Shown here: in pieces, positions 49,250 to 64,000 of the stretch
Layout of the letters: the number at the start of each line of letters is the position of its first letter
Position numbering within the stretch: position 1 is the first letter of the stretch
Assembly (NCBI GenBank): GCA_026770705.1
Contig: JANJGN010000013.1
Coordinates: 105,524,001-105,588,000 of the forward strand
From: Isurus oxyrinchus
Taxonomy: Eukaryota
Reading direction: 5' to 3'
DNA length: 64,000 nucleotides
Notes under the pieces: generated by a model
Databases searched by the model: none
What the model was told of the DNA's origin: nothing
What the model saw: only the letters and a program-made list of their open reading frames with translations
Translations under genes and position numbers: made by a program

Positions 49250-52200
49250 TCACAGGTTCCAAGAGGTAGTCACCCCACAGACTAGGAGTTCAGAATAGCA
49301 AATGTGTACCACCCAGAAGAATAGGAAGAGACAGTTAATGCAGAAATCCTCCAGAAGTATGGCTCTCTCAAACCTATACTCAGTACTGAATACCAGTGAG
49401 GATGGCAATATCTTTAAAGAGTATAGTTTTGAGCCTGGCACTGTGAGGCAATGGACTGCACATGGGGATACTGCAAACTTTAGGAATGCGGTAATAAAAC
49501 AAGATTCGATTGTCAGGGGTATAGACAGGCAGTGTAAGAGCTGAATGGAATGTTGCCTCCCTGGTGCCAAGGTAAGAGACATCACTGAGAAGGTGTAGAA
49601 CATTCTTGCAGGGAGAAGGGGAAAAGTCAGAAGTTGAGGTCCATGTCAGAACTAATGACATGAAAAGAGAGCGATCCTGCAGTCAGTGTTTAAGGAGTTA
49701 CGAAGGAAGTTAAAAACTTGATATCAAAAGTAGATATAGCTGGATTGCTCCCACTGACATATTCTAGTGAGATAAAAATAGGAGAACATGGAAAGCATGG
49801 CTAGAGACATTTTGCAGGAGGAGGGCTTCAGATTCCTGGGACATGGAGCCCAGTTTTGTGGCAGGATGGAGCTGTTCAAAATGGACTGGTTGCACCTGAA
49901 CAGAGCTGGGACCAACATCCTTGCAGGCAGGTTAAATAGTGCTGTGGAAAAGGGTTTAAAACCAAACCAGCAGGCTATTAACAAGTGGAAACAAGGTACA
50001 GAGATGACTGGGAGAGACAGCTTTAGAAATAATATAATAATACAATAATACAATAATAGAAAATACAAAGAGGTCTAAGGTTTGGAAATATGTGTATAAA
50101 TGCATCTAGTGTGGTTAATAATGTTGGGAAGCTGATGGGGCATATTGCCATGTGGCTATATGATGTAGTGGTGATAACTAAGCTCTGGCTTTAAAAAGGG
50201 GGAGGATTGGATGCTTAATATTCTTGAGTATCAAGGTATTCAGGAGAGATGAGGAAGGTAAAAAACAAAGAGGGGTAGCAGTTTTGAACAAGGAAATATC
50301 AGTGTTAGAAAGTGCGAATGTCAGAAGACAGAATCTATTTGCTTGGAGTTGAGAAACAATAAAGGGATTATTACGCTATGTGGTATATTTTATAGGCTAC
50401 CAAATACAGGAAGGAGATAGAGGAGCAGATTTGCAAATAAATTATTGAAAAATGCAAGAACTACAGAGTAGTGAAAATGGAATGCTTTAGCCACTCCAAT
50501 ATTGAATGAGGCAGTTATGAGAAGAGAAGGGCAGGAATTTCTGAAGTGTGTTCAGGAGCATTTTCTTGAGCAGTATGTTTCCTGGCCAACAAGGAAGGAG
50601 GCTGTTTCTAGTACTCGGAAATGAAGTGGGTCTAGTGGAAAATGTTGGTCAAGAAGCATCTCAGCAATAGTGATCATTGTATTGTCAGTTTAAATTAGTT
50701 ACTGAGCAGAACAAAGAGCAATCTAGAATAAGTATGCTCCACTGGAGGAAGGCTAATTTCAGTAAATTGAGGAGAGAACTGGTTTAGGAAAATTGGAGTC
50801 AAAGACTGGCAGACTGAAATGTAATAGAGCAATGGGTGGCCTTTGATGAGGAGACAATTTAGTATAGTCTAGGTACATTCCTGAAAGGAGGAAAGGAAGA
50901 CAGCCAAAGCCCAAGCTTCCTGGAGAATGAGTGAGTTATGGAGCAGGGTAAATCAGGAAAAAAAGGTGCACATTACAGATGTCAGCTTGATAATACAAAG
51001 AAGAATCAGGCTGAATATTAAAAGAGCAGAAAAGAAGTAAAAAAAGGAAAAAGAGGGCAGAAGTGACAGTATGAGAATAAAGAAATAATACAAAGGAATA
51101 CAAAAATCTTCTATAGGGATATTCACAGTAAACGGCTTCTCTAGGAGCAGTGGGATCAATTACAGGCCAGTCAGTTTCTCGATGTTGTTGGTGGGGAGGC
51201 TTTCAGGCATAATAACCTGGGAGGAAATTAACAGCCTCTTGGACAAGCATGTTCTAATAGAGAGCCAGTATTGATTTGTTAAGGGCAAATCATATTTGTG
51301 TAAATTGATTGGATGCTTGAGGGCACTGCAGTTGCTATGTGTATTATGCACTCTCAAAAGGTGTTTGACAGAGTCCCAAGCAACTGGATTTGTTAGTTCC
51401 TCTCATTCTGAACTCACAAGCATCCTGGATTTTTATTGTTCCATCTTTGAAAGGCCTTTCACCTGCCAAAGCAGTAAGCTCTGGAATTCCTTCCTTAAAT
51501 CTCCCTGCCTCTTATCCCATGGAAAAGACAGGGCAAAAGGGGCAGTAGCAGCATGGATACAAAATTGGCTAAGGGAATAGAAAATTGAGGGTTGTGGTGA
51601 ATGGCTGCTCTTTGGACTAGTCGGAAGTATATGGTGGCATTCCCCAAGGATCAATAATAGGATCACTGCTGTTTTTGACATACATTCATGACTTTGGCTT
51701 GGGGGGTTACAAGGCACAATTTCAAAATCTGCAGATAACATGAAACTTGGAAATGTGATAAGCACTGAGGAAGATAGCAGTAGGCCTCATGAGGTCTAAA
51801 CAGGCTGATGGAGTGGGCAGACATGACAGATGAAATTCAACGGAGCAACGTATGAGGTGAAACATTTTGATAGGAAGAATGAGGACAAATAATACAAGCT
51901 AAATTGTACAACTTTAAAGAGGGTGCAAGAACAGAGAGATCTGGCAGTGTTTTTGCATAAATTGTTCATGGTGCCAGGACAGGTTAATAAAGCATATAGG
52001 ATGCTGTCTGGATGTTATAAATAGAAGCACAGAGAACAAAAGCCAGGAAGTTATGCTAAACCTATCTAAACACTAGTTCAATAGCAACAACAAGACACTT
52101 TAGGAGATTAAGGTTTTGGAGAGGGCAGAGGATTTACAAGAACAATTCCAAGGGTGTGGAATTACAATCATGTGGATAGGTTGGAGAAGCTGGGGTTGCA

Positions 52201-52820
52201 CCACTCAGACCTGAGAAGATTAAGAGGAAGTTTAATAGGGGCACCTGTATCATGAATGGTTTAGACAGAGTAAATAAAGAGAAATTCCTTTCAGTGGTTG
52301 AAGGTTTGCTAACTAGAGCATATAGATGAAAGGTGTTTGGCAAAAGAACCAGAGGCAAAATGAGGAAAAGTTTTTAATCATTAGGATTTAGAACAGACTG
52401 CCTGATAGGGTGGCGGCTAAAGATCAATGGTAGCTTTCAAAAGGGAATTGGATAAGTTCTTGAACACCAGAACATGGGAACAGGAGTAGGCCATTTAACC
52501 GCTCAAGCCTGTTCTGCCATTCAATGAGCTTATGGCTGATTTGCAACCTAATTCCACATACTTGCTTTGCCCCACATCCCCAATACCTTGATTAACAAAA
52601 ATCTATCAATCTCGGATTTTAAATTAACAATTTATCTAGCATCAGTTGCTATTTGTGGAAAAAAGTTCCAAAGTTTTACCACTGTCTATAGAAGTGGTTT
52701 CCTAATTTGAAGGAGAAAATTGCAGGCACAAGGATAAAAGTGGGGGTAGGGGGGTTGGGACTAACTGAACGGCTGTTCACAAGAGCCAATACTAACTTGA
52801 TTGATCAAATGCCTCACTCT
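49250..52820 (+). mobile_element. Long decayed CR1 LINE with ORF1 (SGNH esterase-like) and ORF2 remnants; small inserts at ~51380-51520 and ~52465-52705
   Basis: DSIVRGIDR, CLPGAKVRDI, HV.TND, EEGFRFLGH..DWLHLNRAGTNILAGR, followed by EN/RT remnants and a CR1 tail. Confidence 0.85.
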
Positions 52821-54399
52821 GAGCTATACTATTCTATGCTTCCATAAAAGGGGAAAATATGCAAACATGGCAACCTTTGACCATCTATTACTTTGATTGC
52901 TACAGGTGAGAAAGGCTTGGGTGTCAGTATTCCTAGTTATAGTTCTATCCTGAACTCCTCCAATGCTCCAATGCTCTGATTATTTGGCTGTAGTTTCCTG
53001 CTGATGTTAGCAATTGTGCTGATTTAAACAGCAGTGGTACACAGAACACATGAATCTGCACTGCAAATATTAGCTGGCATGAGATTCCTTTGTCTGCTGT
53101 TTAAACAATGTTAACCTATTGAAATAAGTTGACAAAAGTATTTCATACAAATGTACTATGTGCTTATAAGCTAACTCAAGACTGTTTCCTCGTAGCTTTA
53201 GCTTTCCACTATGATTATACATGAATACGAGTTAAGTGACAGCACTATGGCTATGCAAATAGAAATCATAGTTGCAGCACAGAGAATGGTGGGAGAAGCA
53301 CTGACGGATAATTTTCGAATCTACCACTAAAAATTAAGGAAATTAAATCACAGTTTATTTTAACCAGCATAATTTCTTCTGGAAGGGTACATTGCCCTGC
53401 TTCACCTTTTTCAAATTCTCTTAGGTTCTTTCTGGTATGGACTTATCAGTGCAAAGATCTCTCAGCCATTGACCAAGAGACAGGCTACAGCAGCTTCATA
53501 AAACACCCTGCCTAACTCCTGCTGCCCCAATTGTGCCCTCTTGTGGAAGCAGTCAGTATGCTTGAGATCAGGGATTCAGCAGAGCTGGGGCTCTCAGATG
53601 ATCAAGTACAGCACAGGCTGACTGAACTTTTCAGGCTTCTAGCCATCAATGCTCAATGTGCAGCCTTCCAGGTCTCTCTTTTCCAGCCCCAGGTCCTTCA
53701 CATATTTGGCTCAGCATCAGTTTCATCCTAAAAGGTACTGTGCACAAAGCAATTAAATTTAGTGCATATTTCTCTCTTCCTCACAAGTTAAATATGGCTG
53801 CAATTCATTGTGTTACAAATCATTCCATCTGCTGATGCAGTTAAAAAGAAACAGAACAATATAAACTGACACAATTCTGCATTTATTATAAAAAATGATT
53901 AATGTAATTGTGATCAAATATATTTTTCACCAGAATTAAGGTTTTGTTTATGTGGAATCTCAGTTTATTTAAAATATTTGAAATATTTGGGTAATTTAGA
54001 GATGATTTCCAAATAAGTGTATTTCACTTTAAATATAAACATATACCACAGTCTAGAGAATCAGTGCAGCTGTCAATTCCGAAATGTTAACCATAGCCTC
54101 TCCCTATTCCTTCAACTGAGAATAGTTGCATTATCTTCTCCAATGCCAAGGTCAATAGTTTTCTGGATTGTGACTTTCTCCAGGTACTACTCATTATGTT
54201 TTTAGGTTTTAAATAGATATTTTCCTGGGGTTCAATGAATCATATCACTCCCATATGCAGATGTTGCTTCCAATAATCCAGCATGAAGCTTCATCTTGAA
54301 ATAACTCGTAATGAATTAGGGATCAAACACACAACTTCTTCACTACATTTCAACTGACTAGTTCTAAAATGTGCCTTCCATGTGATCTTCCTCAAATTT

Positions 54400-55330
54400 A
54401 CACACAGCAAAAAAACATAATAAAATGTTCCAAGACGCATCACAGGGCCAATATTAAGCACCAAACCATATAAGGTGATATTAGGGCAGAAAACCTAGAG
54501 CTTGGTACAAGAGGTAGGTTTTAAGAAGTATCTTAAAGGAGGAAAGCGAGGTGGAGAAGCGTAGGGAGACTATTCCAGAGCTGAGGACTGCGACAACTGA
54601 TGGCATGGCCTCCAAGGGTGGAGTGACTAAAATCAGGGATATTCTAGAGGCCAGAATTAGATGAGCGCAGATATCTTGGGAGTTGTGGGCCTGGAGGAGA
54701 TTACAGGGACGGGCAAGGGCAGTGAACTCAGATGAAAGAGAGCATGATGAGTTGAGATGGAGGTTGAAATCATCAGGGATGAGATGTGGTTCAGTGCAGG
54801 GGCTGAGAGAAGAAAACAGTGAAGATATCTTGTTGAAAAAAATGATTGTACATTGGAGGGCAGTAGAGAACATTGATTTTGAATGAAAAGTGAGACGGTC
54901 AAAGGAGGAGAAAATACCAAAGGAGTAGGGGGTCAAGCCAAGGTGTGATTTGGTGATAAGTGCCACACCGCTCTATGTTGTTCTTGACAGGGCAAATGGT
55001 GGAAGATATAGTAATGAGGGGGAAATGTGCCATTGCCCCCCCAGTCAGGTTTTTGTGAAGTCCAGGATGTCAATGCAATCATCCACAATAAATTCATGGC
55101 AAGTGAATGGGTATTGTGGAGGGAGATATGTAAAGGTGCCATAAGAGGAGGCTAAGTTCACAGAGTCAGCAGTGGGAGGGGTGAGTTATACGGGAAGGAG
55201 ATTGGCAAGATTAGCCCCCAGCAGACCTACTGGGCATGAAGATCAATGAGAGAGTGGGATGGGCAATTGGGGTTGCTGTTCAGAACGAGCCATCACCATG
55301 CCTTGATGAGCCCTTTGGAGATGCCAAGAG
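54400..55330 (-). mobile_element. L2-like LINE remnant (endonuclease fragment joined to 3' tail)
   Basis: Minus-strand LIPDDFNLHLN motif and SLSSFKILLKTYL tail. Confidence 0.65.
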
Positions 55331-56079
55331 AGGCATTGATGGAAGCTGTAGGCTTATCTAAAAGGTGTCAAGCCTGGGACAACAGCAGGAGAGCAGGGCA
55401 ATTGACAGTTCCGTAGATTGCTGCTTAGGTTATAAACCGATGACTTTATTAAAAAGTAAAATCAATAACAAAGCTGAATGGTAGATTTACGGTAGTTACA
55501 GGCTTACTTATTATCCCTTCTTGAACACAGAAAAATAGAAAGAGAGAAGTCAATACCAATACATCATGGCCAAAAACACTTCAGTTGGTCCCACTCTTCT
55601 AGATTGGAAGTAAATATTCTCGTTAATACCCCTTTGATCAATGTATTTTCCATAGATCACCCAGTCTTTTATTTATAGACTCTATTCAGTTAATTGGCAA
55701 TTTCTACTTCGGCTGCATTTTGCTGAGAGGATCTTAGGCACACTTTTCAAACCCTTCAGGTGCTGCTATAGACGTCAAACAGTGTTAGCAGCAAGACAAC
55801 TATGATAACATTCATAGTCTTGGGCTTTTAAATTGATTTTCAGCTAAAATCCAATTTTGAAAAAATGCAGGTCACATCTCCAGAATGGTGAGATGTAGAA
55901 GCAATTGGAAATATATTTATACTTGTTTTCAGATAGTAGGAAAATGTGTTAAAGAAATAGAACAAAATAAAGTCAGAAAAGGCCAAATTTAAAATAAAAA
56001 TCGCAACATTTGAAAATGTAATCAATAGGAGAAATAAAAGGAAGAGACGGCAAGAAAACCAAAAAACATTATTGCAGCA

Positions 56080-56425
56080 TCTCATCGTCTCAGAAATATC
56101 TCAAAGCGCTTCATATACAATTAATTATTTTGAAATGCAATGAATATTATATGGGTAAACATAGTGCCATTTTGCACAGAGCAAGACCTCAAATAGGAAT
56201 GAGATGAATGATCAATGCTTTGTTTTTGGTGGTATTGGTTGTGGGATGAATGTTGGCCAAGACACCAGGAGATCTCCCTGTTCTTCAAGCATTGCTATGG
56301 GATCTTTTACACCCACTAGAATCATCAAAACAAGGAGCAAATACATTGGTTTGATACTTTATCTAACTTATGGCACCTTTGACAATGTGCAATGTCTCTC
56401 ATTACTGCAGTGCAGTGACAAATTA
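56080..56425 (-). mobile_element. tRNA/Deu-type SINE, old
   Basis: Similar to 17390-17700. Confidence 0.6.
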
Positions 56426-56769
56426 GATTGTAAGCAAAAGTAAAAGGTAAAGAAATATACTTGAGTTTAGTAATATAGTTTTTTTTCTTTTAAAATTACA
56501 TAAAACTTCTTTTTGTGAAGTTGTATGATGCCAGCAAAAGAACACATTGGCATCTTGGGTTTGCTCATATACCTATACATTTGCTAGAGGCAGCTTTTGG
56601 ATAAGTGTCACAACTCTGGTGGTTTATGTGGTCTAGTCAAATGGGTGTGGGATGGGTCTTCCCTAAAATTTGACCATAGGAAATGAAATATAATAGAAGG
56701 AAAGGCAGAAAAAGAACATCAGAACCATCAATGTTCACCCTACACCGTACAACCTAGTGCATCACCTGC

Positions 56770-57995
56770 CTGTGTTTGACTAATTTATTAGAGTTCATTG
56801 AGAAGTAACAAGCAATGTGGATATAGGGGAACCTATAGATGTGGTGTACTTGGACTTCCAAAAGGCATTTACTAGATTACCACATCAAAGGTTACTGCAC
56901 AAAATAAGAGCTCAAGATGTAGGGGGTAGGATATTAGCATGGATAGAGGATTGGTTAACTAACAGGAAGCAGAAAATAGGGATAAATGGGTAATTTTTGG
57001 ATTGGCAAGATTGGAGTGCCACAAGGATCAATACTGGGCCCTCAACTATTTACAATCTATATCAACAACTTGGATGAAGGGACCAAATGTATGCTTGCTA
57101 AATTTGCTGATGGCAAAAATATAGGTAGGAGAGTAAGTTGTGAAGAGGTCATAAGGACTCTGCAAAGGGATATAAATAGGTTAAGTGAGTGGACAAAAAT
57201 TTGGCAGATGGAGTATAATGTGGCAAAATATGAACTTGTTCACTTTGGCAGGAAAAATACAAAAGCAGCATATTATCTAAATGGAGAAAGATTTCAGAAT
57301 TCTGCAGTACAGAGGGATTTGGGTGTCCTGGTTCATGAATCACAAAATGTTAGTGGTTAGGAGGGCAGATGGGATGTTGCTATTTATTGCAAAGGGAATT
57401 AAATATAAAAGTAGGCAAGTTTTGCTTTGGTTGTGCAGGGTGTTGGTGAGGCCACATGAGTACTGCATACTTCTTATTTAAGAAAGGATATAACTACATT
57501 AGAAGCATTACATAGTGTTGCTTGACTGATTCCGGGGCTGAAGGGATTATTTTATGAGGAGAGATTGGCCAGGTTGGGCCTGTATCCCTTGAAGTTTAGA
57601 AGAATGAGAGGTGATCATATTGAAACACATAAGATCCTGAGGGGATTGATAGAGTGGATGCTGAGAGGATGCTTTCCCCTTATGGGAGAGACTAGAACTA
57701 GGGGACTCAGTTTAAAAATAAGGTGCCAACCATTTAAGACAGAGATGAGTTTTTCTCTCTCAGAGGTTCATTAGCCTGTGGAGTTCTCTTCCCCAGACAG
57801 CAGTGGAGGCAGGGTCATTGAATAATTTTAAGCTGAGTTAGATAGATTCTTGATTAACAAGGGAGTCAAATGGTATAGGGGGTAGACAGGAAAGTAGAGT
57901 TGGGATCACAATCTGATCAACCGGGGTCTTATCAAATGACGGCGAAGGCTTGAGGGGCTGAATGGCCTACTCCTGCTTCTAATTCGCATGTTCAC
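56770..57995 (+). mobile_element. CR1 LINE RT and 3' end
   Basis: VYLDFQKAF, GVPQGSILGPQLFTIYINNLD, WQMEYNVAK, RDLGVLV; same 3' UTR family as 123-550. Confidence 0.92.
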
Positions 57996-59854
57996 ATGCC
58001 CAATCTCTGGTAATGTTAAGTGCTGGGGTAAGCTAAAAACATTGTAGCCAGTTTCAGCAGAAACTCTAGGAAATCTTTTCTGCAACCTCCTGCTGTAACT
58101 AAGAAAGCTGCAGAAGGTATGCATACCCATGACATAGCAGTAGATGTACTGAATTGATCCATTATATTGGCATGTAGATAACAATCATACTGGGGTCGTA
58201 TACTAGCATAAGCCAAACTTCGGGTGGTGTGCTGCTACTGAAATTTACTGCATTGGCTCTACTTTTCTGTGGGCACTTTGAGTATTCTAGGATAGCAGTG
58301 TAGCTTGTCAATTATATACCTGTCAGGTTAAAGCCAAACTGCCTCAATTTAACTACCTACAGATTAAGATTGTACTTCATACTTTCAGGTTGGTATGTGA
58401 ACAATCAAGGTTAATATCAGAGTAACACAAAATGTACTTGACCTCCATGTAGCAACATCACTGCAATATTATTTTATTTTTCAATTTGGGTGCCCAAGCT
58501 GAAAACTTTTAATAGTATAAGATCCAAACATGTAATCAAAGAATTTAATCATGAATGAAGTTCTCAAAATTGCCTTTACATCTTCCTCTCACACATGGCT
58601 TCCGGACTTGTTACTTACCATAGACTTTCCATTGCTTAATCTAATTGGAAGTAATGCTAGACCACTTTAAAAGACTGTGGGGCTCATTTTTGGGTCATTA
58701 ATTTCAATAGGTGTAATTTGTACATGGCTGAATGTTTAAGCTAGCTGCTAGTGGATTTACTACTTTCCTAAACTTGTGCGTTATTGCTTTGGCAATAATT
58801 GTGTAGATATTCAGCCAAGTATATTTACCAGTAGCCAACAGGAACTGACTAAGTGCTTACACTTTCTGACCTGAATGCTTAATTCTCAAACAGCTCCTTG
58901 TAAAGATATTGGTAGTTATTCTCAACTTTTCTAGTATTTGTTACAACACAACAAGCAAGTTGAGTTTAGCTGCTAACAAAAGGCAATCAAGCACTTTTTG
59001 TTTAGTTAACTAGTATCTTCCAATGAGAAAATAAAATGTTATTCAAACTGTTAGATACAGTTTAATCTGGGTTGATTCCAGGCAAACTGTCCAGGCATTG
59101 ACAGTGTGCTGGAGTACGTGGACCCGCCTGGTTCAGATATCAGATTCCCAGGTCTATTAGAGGATTGACTTGATTCTGAGCAGTCATTGTCAGATGGGTC
59201 ATCCCGAAGAGATTTTGAGCCAAGATTGATAGTCAGAATTTGGTCATCAGAAAACTGACAAGAGCAGGTTTGAGCCCTTGGTATTAGGAGCTCCTTTTAG
59301 CAAATGTGCTTCTGAGCGGCATTATAAATAGCATACCTCATAATAAGTTGCAGGAGTGCATTGTTACTATCAGTTTGATAACAGATCCTTCCCATTAAGC
59401 TTTTAAGCTCAGTAGGAGAAACTGCTTGCCTTGCTGCTACACAATCACAGTAGGCACTGAGTCCTATGTATGAGCTTGTACACTCATATCTGCCTCTAAA
59501 AACACTTTCATGCCATTGCAATCCCATGTTTTAGTTTGTTCATCAGCCACTTGACGGTTATCTCCGTTGTGGTGAAAGGAACTACTCGTGCTGTTTGTAT
59601 CTTGCTAGCTCCTTCTGCTGTTCCTGATGTCCAAATCCAGTACTGCATATCAAGTTTACTCATTACCAACTAGTTCATCCAAGTCTTCATTTGAAGGAGG
59701 GTTTTTGGAAAAGAGACATGCCTGGATGACTTTAGGATATAGTCCACTCTCTATAGAGAACTTATTTTTGTCATAGACCCATTAGGATTTGCTCCTGGAT
59801 CTTCTACTTTGATGGTAACTATGTGCTGAGGATACAATTACATCAGAACCCTCC

Positions 59855-60975
59855 AGATCCTCAGTGGAGTCAAACAAGGCTGTGTTCTGGCACCGACACT
59901 CTTTGGCATATTCTATTTGCTGCTGTCAAATGCCTCCAATTCATCTACAGAGGATACCAGAACTGCCAGAAAGCTGTTCAGTTTTGCCCACCTGAGATGC
60001 AAGAAAAAAGTACATCAAATTCTCATTACAGAGTTGATCTATGCGAATGATACTGCACTATCATTCCATACCGAGGAACACCTCAGTGACAAACAGACGT
60101 ACTCTCTTGTGCCTGTAAAGAATTTGGTTTGACCATCAGCATCAGCAAGACAAATGTCCTGATCTAGGATATTGCCAAACCGCCAATCAGCACTGAAAAT
60201 GTGATGTTGGAGGTTGTTGGTAGCTTCGCTTATCTAGGCTCCACAATCTCAGCAATCTGTCACTTGATGCTGCAATCAACATGTCCATTGCAAAATCTGC
60301 AACTATTAATGACCAAGCTGAGTGAGAGAGAGTGTGGAACAACAACAACCTGATGGAGAATACCAAACTGCAAGTCTACCTAAACTGTGACCTCAGTGCA
60401 CTCCTCTACAATAAAGCGACATAGACAACATATGCTAGGCAGGAGAAAAGGCTGAACAGTTTGCACCTTTGCTGTCTCAGTCATATCCTCAATACCTCTT
60501 AGCATGGTTCTGGAGCATGCTAATTCCATCAACATACACTCATTACTAAGCCAACAAAGTCTGCGATGGCTTGCTCACATTCATTGGATGGATGACCATT
60601 CTATACCCAAAGAGCTTCTGAACAGTGGACTAGCCACCGAGTTACAATATGCTGGATGCCCAAACCTCTGCTATATGAATGCCTGTAAGTGAGATATGAA
60701 GATAGCAGGCATCTAGGAGACAGATGCCTCTGGAGGCTGACTGTTCAGAGGGGCATCAGAAGGGATGATTAGAAATGAAAAGCTCAGCTGGCTGAGAAGA
60801 GAGCCAAGAGAAAACAGAGACCAGTGAATCCTGCACCTTCTCAGCCCACTGCCTTCATCTGCAGCAAGTGTGGCAGAGACTACCATGCCAGAATGGGGTT
60901 CCTGACTCATACAGATGATGTTTAGCAGAATTGATGACCATGGCACAAACCTTGGTCTCAGGAGGCAGAAGACTG
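59855..60975 (+). mobile_element. RTE-clade LINE RT / C-terminal remnant
   Basis: GVKQGCVLAPTLFGI, ELIYANDTAL, LRWLAHIHWMDDHSIPKELL, terminal FICSKCGRDY zinc-finger-like motif. Confidence 0.85.
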
Positions 60976-61264
60976 CCTGTATAATATCCTGTCAAAACAG
61001 CCACAGTGCCTGTACACAGAAGAATTCAACTTCAACAATTTCAGAAAGTGCACTTATCCAGAAAACATTATATCCAAATTTAATTCTTTCCATCCCAACT
61101 CTAAAGCAGAATCTAAGACAGGTACAAGTTGCGGAATACTTCTCAAGCCAAACTTCTCTCCACAGATACTTACCTGACTATAGCATTTTCTAATTATATA
61201 TCAGATTTCTAGCATTGTTGTTACAATATGTCAATATTAGTGCTAAATTTCTATTTTACTCTAT

Positions 61265-61770
61265 CAAACTCACCTGGATGAGTGCAGCTCCAACAACACA
61301 CAAGAAGCTTGACACCATCCAGGACAATGCAGCCCACTTGATTGGCACCCCATCCACCACCTTCAACATCCACTCCCTCCACCACTCTCACATAGTGGCA
61401 GCAATGTGTACCATCTACAGAATGTACTGTAGCAACTCATCAAGAGTCCTTCTACAGCACCTTTCAAACCTGCAACATTTACCACCTAGAAGGAAAAAGG
61501 TTAGCAGATGCATAGGAACACCACCTCCTGCAAGTTCCCCTCCAAGCCAAATACCACCCTGACTTGGAATTATATTGCCGCTCCTTCACTGATGATGGGT
61601 CAAAAACCTGGAACTCCCTTCTTAACAGCACTGTGGGTGTACCTGCATCACATGGACTGCAGCGGTTCGAGGCAGCGGCTCACCACTACCTTTTCAAGGA
61701 CAATTAGGATAGGCAATAAAAATGCTGGCCTAGCCAGTGAGGCCCACGTCTCATGAAAGAATATAAAAAA
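61265..61770 (+). mobile_element. 3' fragment of the tRNA-headed LINE family
   Basis: WMSAAPTTHKKLDTIQD; aligns with 47990-48487. Confidence 0.85.
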
Positions 61771-64000
61771 AACGATTGCAACTGTGAACTGGTAGGGGAA
61801 AATGAGTATAGGTATAAATAAATGAAATGCTTATTTAGAAACAAGGCTGGTGCTCTACCTGTGGCACAAGAAACTGCACAGTGCGAGAAGTTCCCCCGTC
61901 CCAGGATGCCATTTCCATCATAAAACCTGAAGGGATAAAAGACACAGAAATAAATAGAAAATCAAAGTTTCACTCAGTTTGTACTTTTTAACCTCCTCTT
62001 CCAACATTTCAACTCTAAAGATGGTCTACAGTCAAAATGTTAACCTATCTTTTCTCTTTGCTGATGTGTATTTCCACAATTTTGTTTTTTGTAGCAAAAG
62101 GTTGTATAACCACAGGTCAAATTGCTGGTTAGGAAATTTTTAACATTGAAGCCAAATTGCTTGACCAGGTGGACATTTCATGGTTAATTCATTTTTTTTT
62201 TGCTTCTGCATCTTTTTCCAAGACTTTATGATCTCTTGTCCCAAGAAACAAGTATGAGTGTATAGATGTATAGTGAGAATGGAGCTTCTCTAAATGCTGT
62301 GCTATACTGACAGGTGAAGGCTATCCATTTCATTCCTTTTAAAATTTGCAATCTCGGCTACTTTTCACCAGAATATAAACTTTTCAAATCTAAATTGAAA
62401 TACGGACAAGATGTAGGAGAATCTACAAATGTACAATTTCAATTTGCATTTGGCATTAAATATCTTTTTTTATTGCTTACTAGTATGCCTAATTCATAGG
62501 ACTGTTAAGCAATGAAAAAATAATCACAATTAGCTTTGAAAATATAATTGTTAATCTCAGTTAATCTTGGTTTTAATTACATATTTAATTGATATAATTA
62601 CTGCAAACATCTCATTCAAGTTGTTCTAAACACATTTTTAAAAGTTAGAACAGTGCCTCTAAGTTCATGCAGTATTACTAAAATCTATAATGAAGAAATG
62701 TTTGAAAAATGTTTGTGTTTACATCTGAAAACTAAAAAAAATCAATCTTCGTTAAACTGCAGTAGTACCTCGGCTCAACACACTGAATTGAGCCACTATG
62801 TGAAAGAGAATTTACAACCCTGGTGCATGCTGTTAGTTAAATCACCAATCTGCAAGTTTAAAGAAATAACGTAAACCTTAATCTTTACATATGAAAGCTG
62901 TGTAACCCACACGCACCATGGGAATATGTTCACTGCATAAACAAAATATTAATATTCTGCAAAAAATACACGTCCTGGGTCTATCCTTTAAATTTCCTCA
63001 ACAAATAATTTCAATGTCACTTCCTACATATCGTCTTTTCACTGAACAAGAATTGGGCGCCAGGGTGCCAGATGGTTTACTAGAGTGGAGGAAAGAACAC
63101 TGCTTTATTCTGCAGCACTACCAGCAGAAAAGGAAGTCATGGATCAGCAGGTTAAACCTCTGGGCTGTTGGTATGCAAAAACTTATTTCTAGCCAGGTAC
63201 TCACTGTGTAAACCCCATGATTAACAACTATTAAAAAAATTAATTTCCTCCAAAAATTAACACATTAATCACAGAAGTTAACTAAGATTAATTGTCAGCC
63301 TTAAAATTTACTAACCTTTTATACACTTAAACACAAGCTCTGCTCTTTTCAGGCACCAAGGTATAGTCATCTCCTGTTAAACATATGAAACATTACTCAT
63401 ATACTTACAAACAACTTGAAACAATCATTATGGATTTCAAGAATAAATGGTCATAAACATATCCATGAATAATTCTCAGTTGGGTCTCAATAAATTTTAC
63501 TAAAATAAATGTAATAATGATCTTACATTTAGTACTCATGATTTTATCATTCACAAAATTATACATCTGAATTTTTAAAATACTAGCCTTTGTTTTCACA
63601 TTTTAGTTTTATCAGAAGGGTCTGCAGAGTACCCCTGCTCATCTGAATAGTACATTTTTTGGCTTTGTGCATATTCACTGTAACAGTTCAAAACATTAAG
63701 ATTGCTATCACCCTGGCATCTTTCCTCAATGGTTCAAGATGCCAGAAAAATTTTGCATTTTATCAAATTCCCAGAAATTAATCAGGGGGTCATTTTCAGT
63801 TTGTATAACACTGTTCATGACCCTGCTAGCTGTGGAAATGACATGATATTCTTGCAGCTCAGGTGAAAATCTACAACTGAATTAACAAAAGGCTGACATA
63901 AGTTTGTGCTGCAGCTAAAAAGACATGTCAAATTGGGTATTTACACTTCTGAAGAAAGTCAGTTTTAATTTCAAATTTACACTGATAAGCTGCAAAAATC

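Overview
Eukaryotic, AT-rich, repeat-dense DNA. The repeat repertoire (CR1, L2 and RTE LINEs, tRNA/Deu-type SINEs, abundant Penelope-like elements) fits a cartilaginous fish; that assignment is inference. No intact, nameable host gene is present, and nearly all listed ORFs are decayed transposon frames or chance ORFs. Main observations: (1) a ~3.2-kb LINE (45263-48487) with a tRNA-derived A/B-box head, no ORF1 and almost no sense-strand TTTT, plus SINEs made of its two ends, suggesting a Pol III-driven autonomous retroelement and its SINE; (2) two Penelope-like families with minimal hammerhead ribozyme motifs, nested in each other's terminal repeats with ~13-bp target duplications, including a 2.45-kb near-perfect palindrome (31878-34327); (3) a CpG-rich island near 14-15 kb with an unidentified candidate spliced minus-strand ORF. 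One assembly gap (7195-7391). Boundaries of old repeats are approximate; alignments were made by eye.
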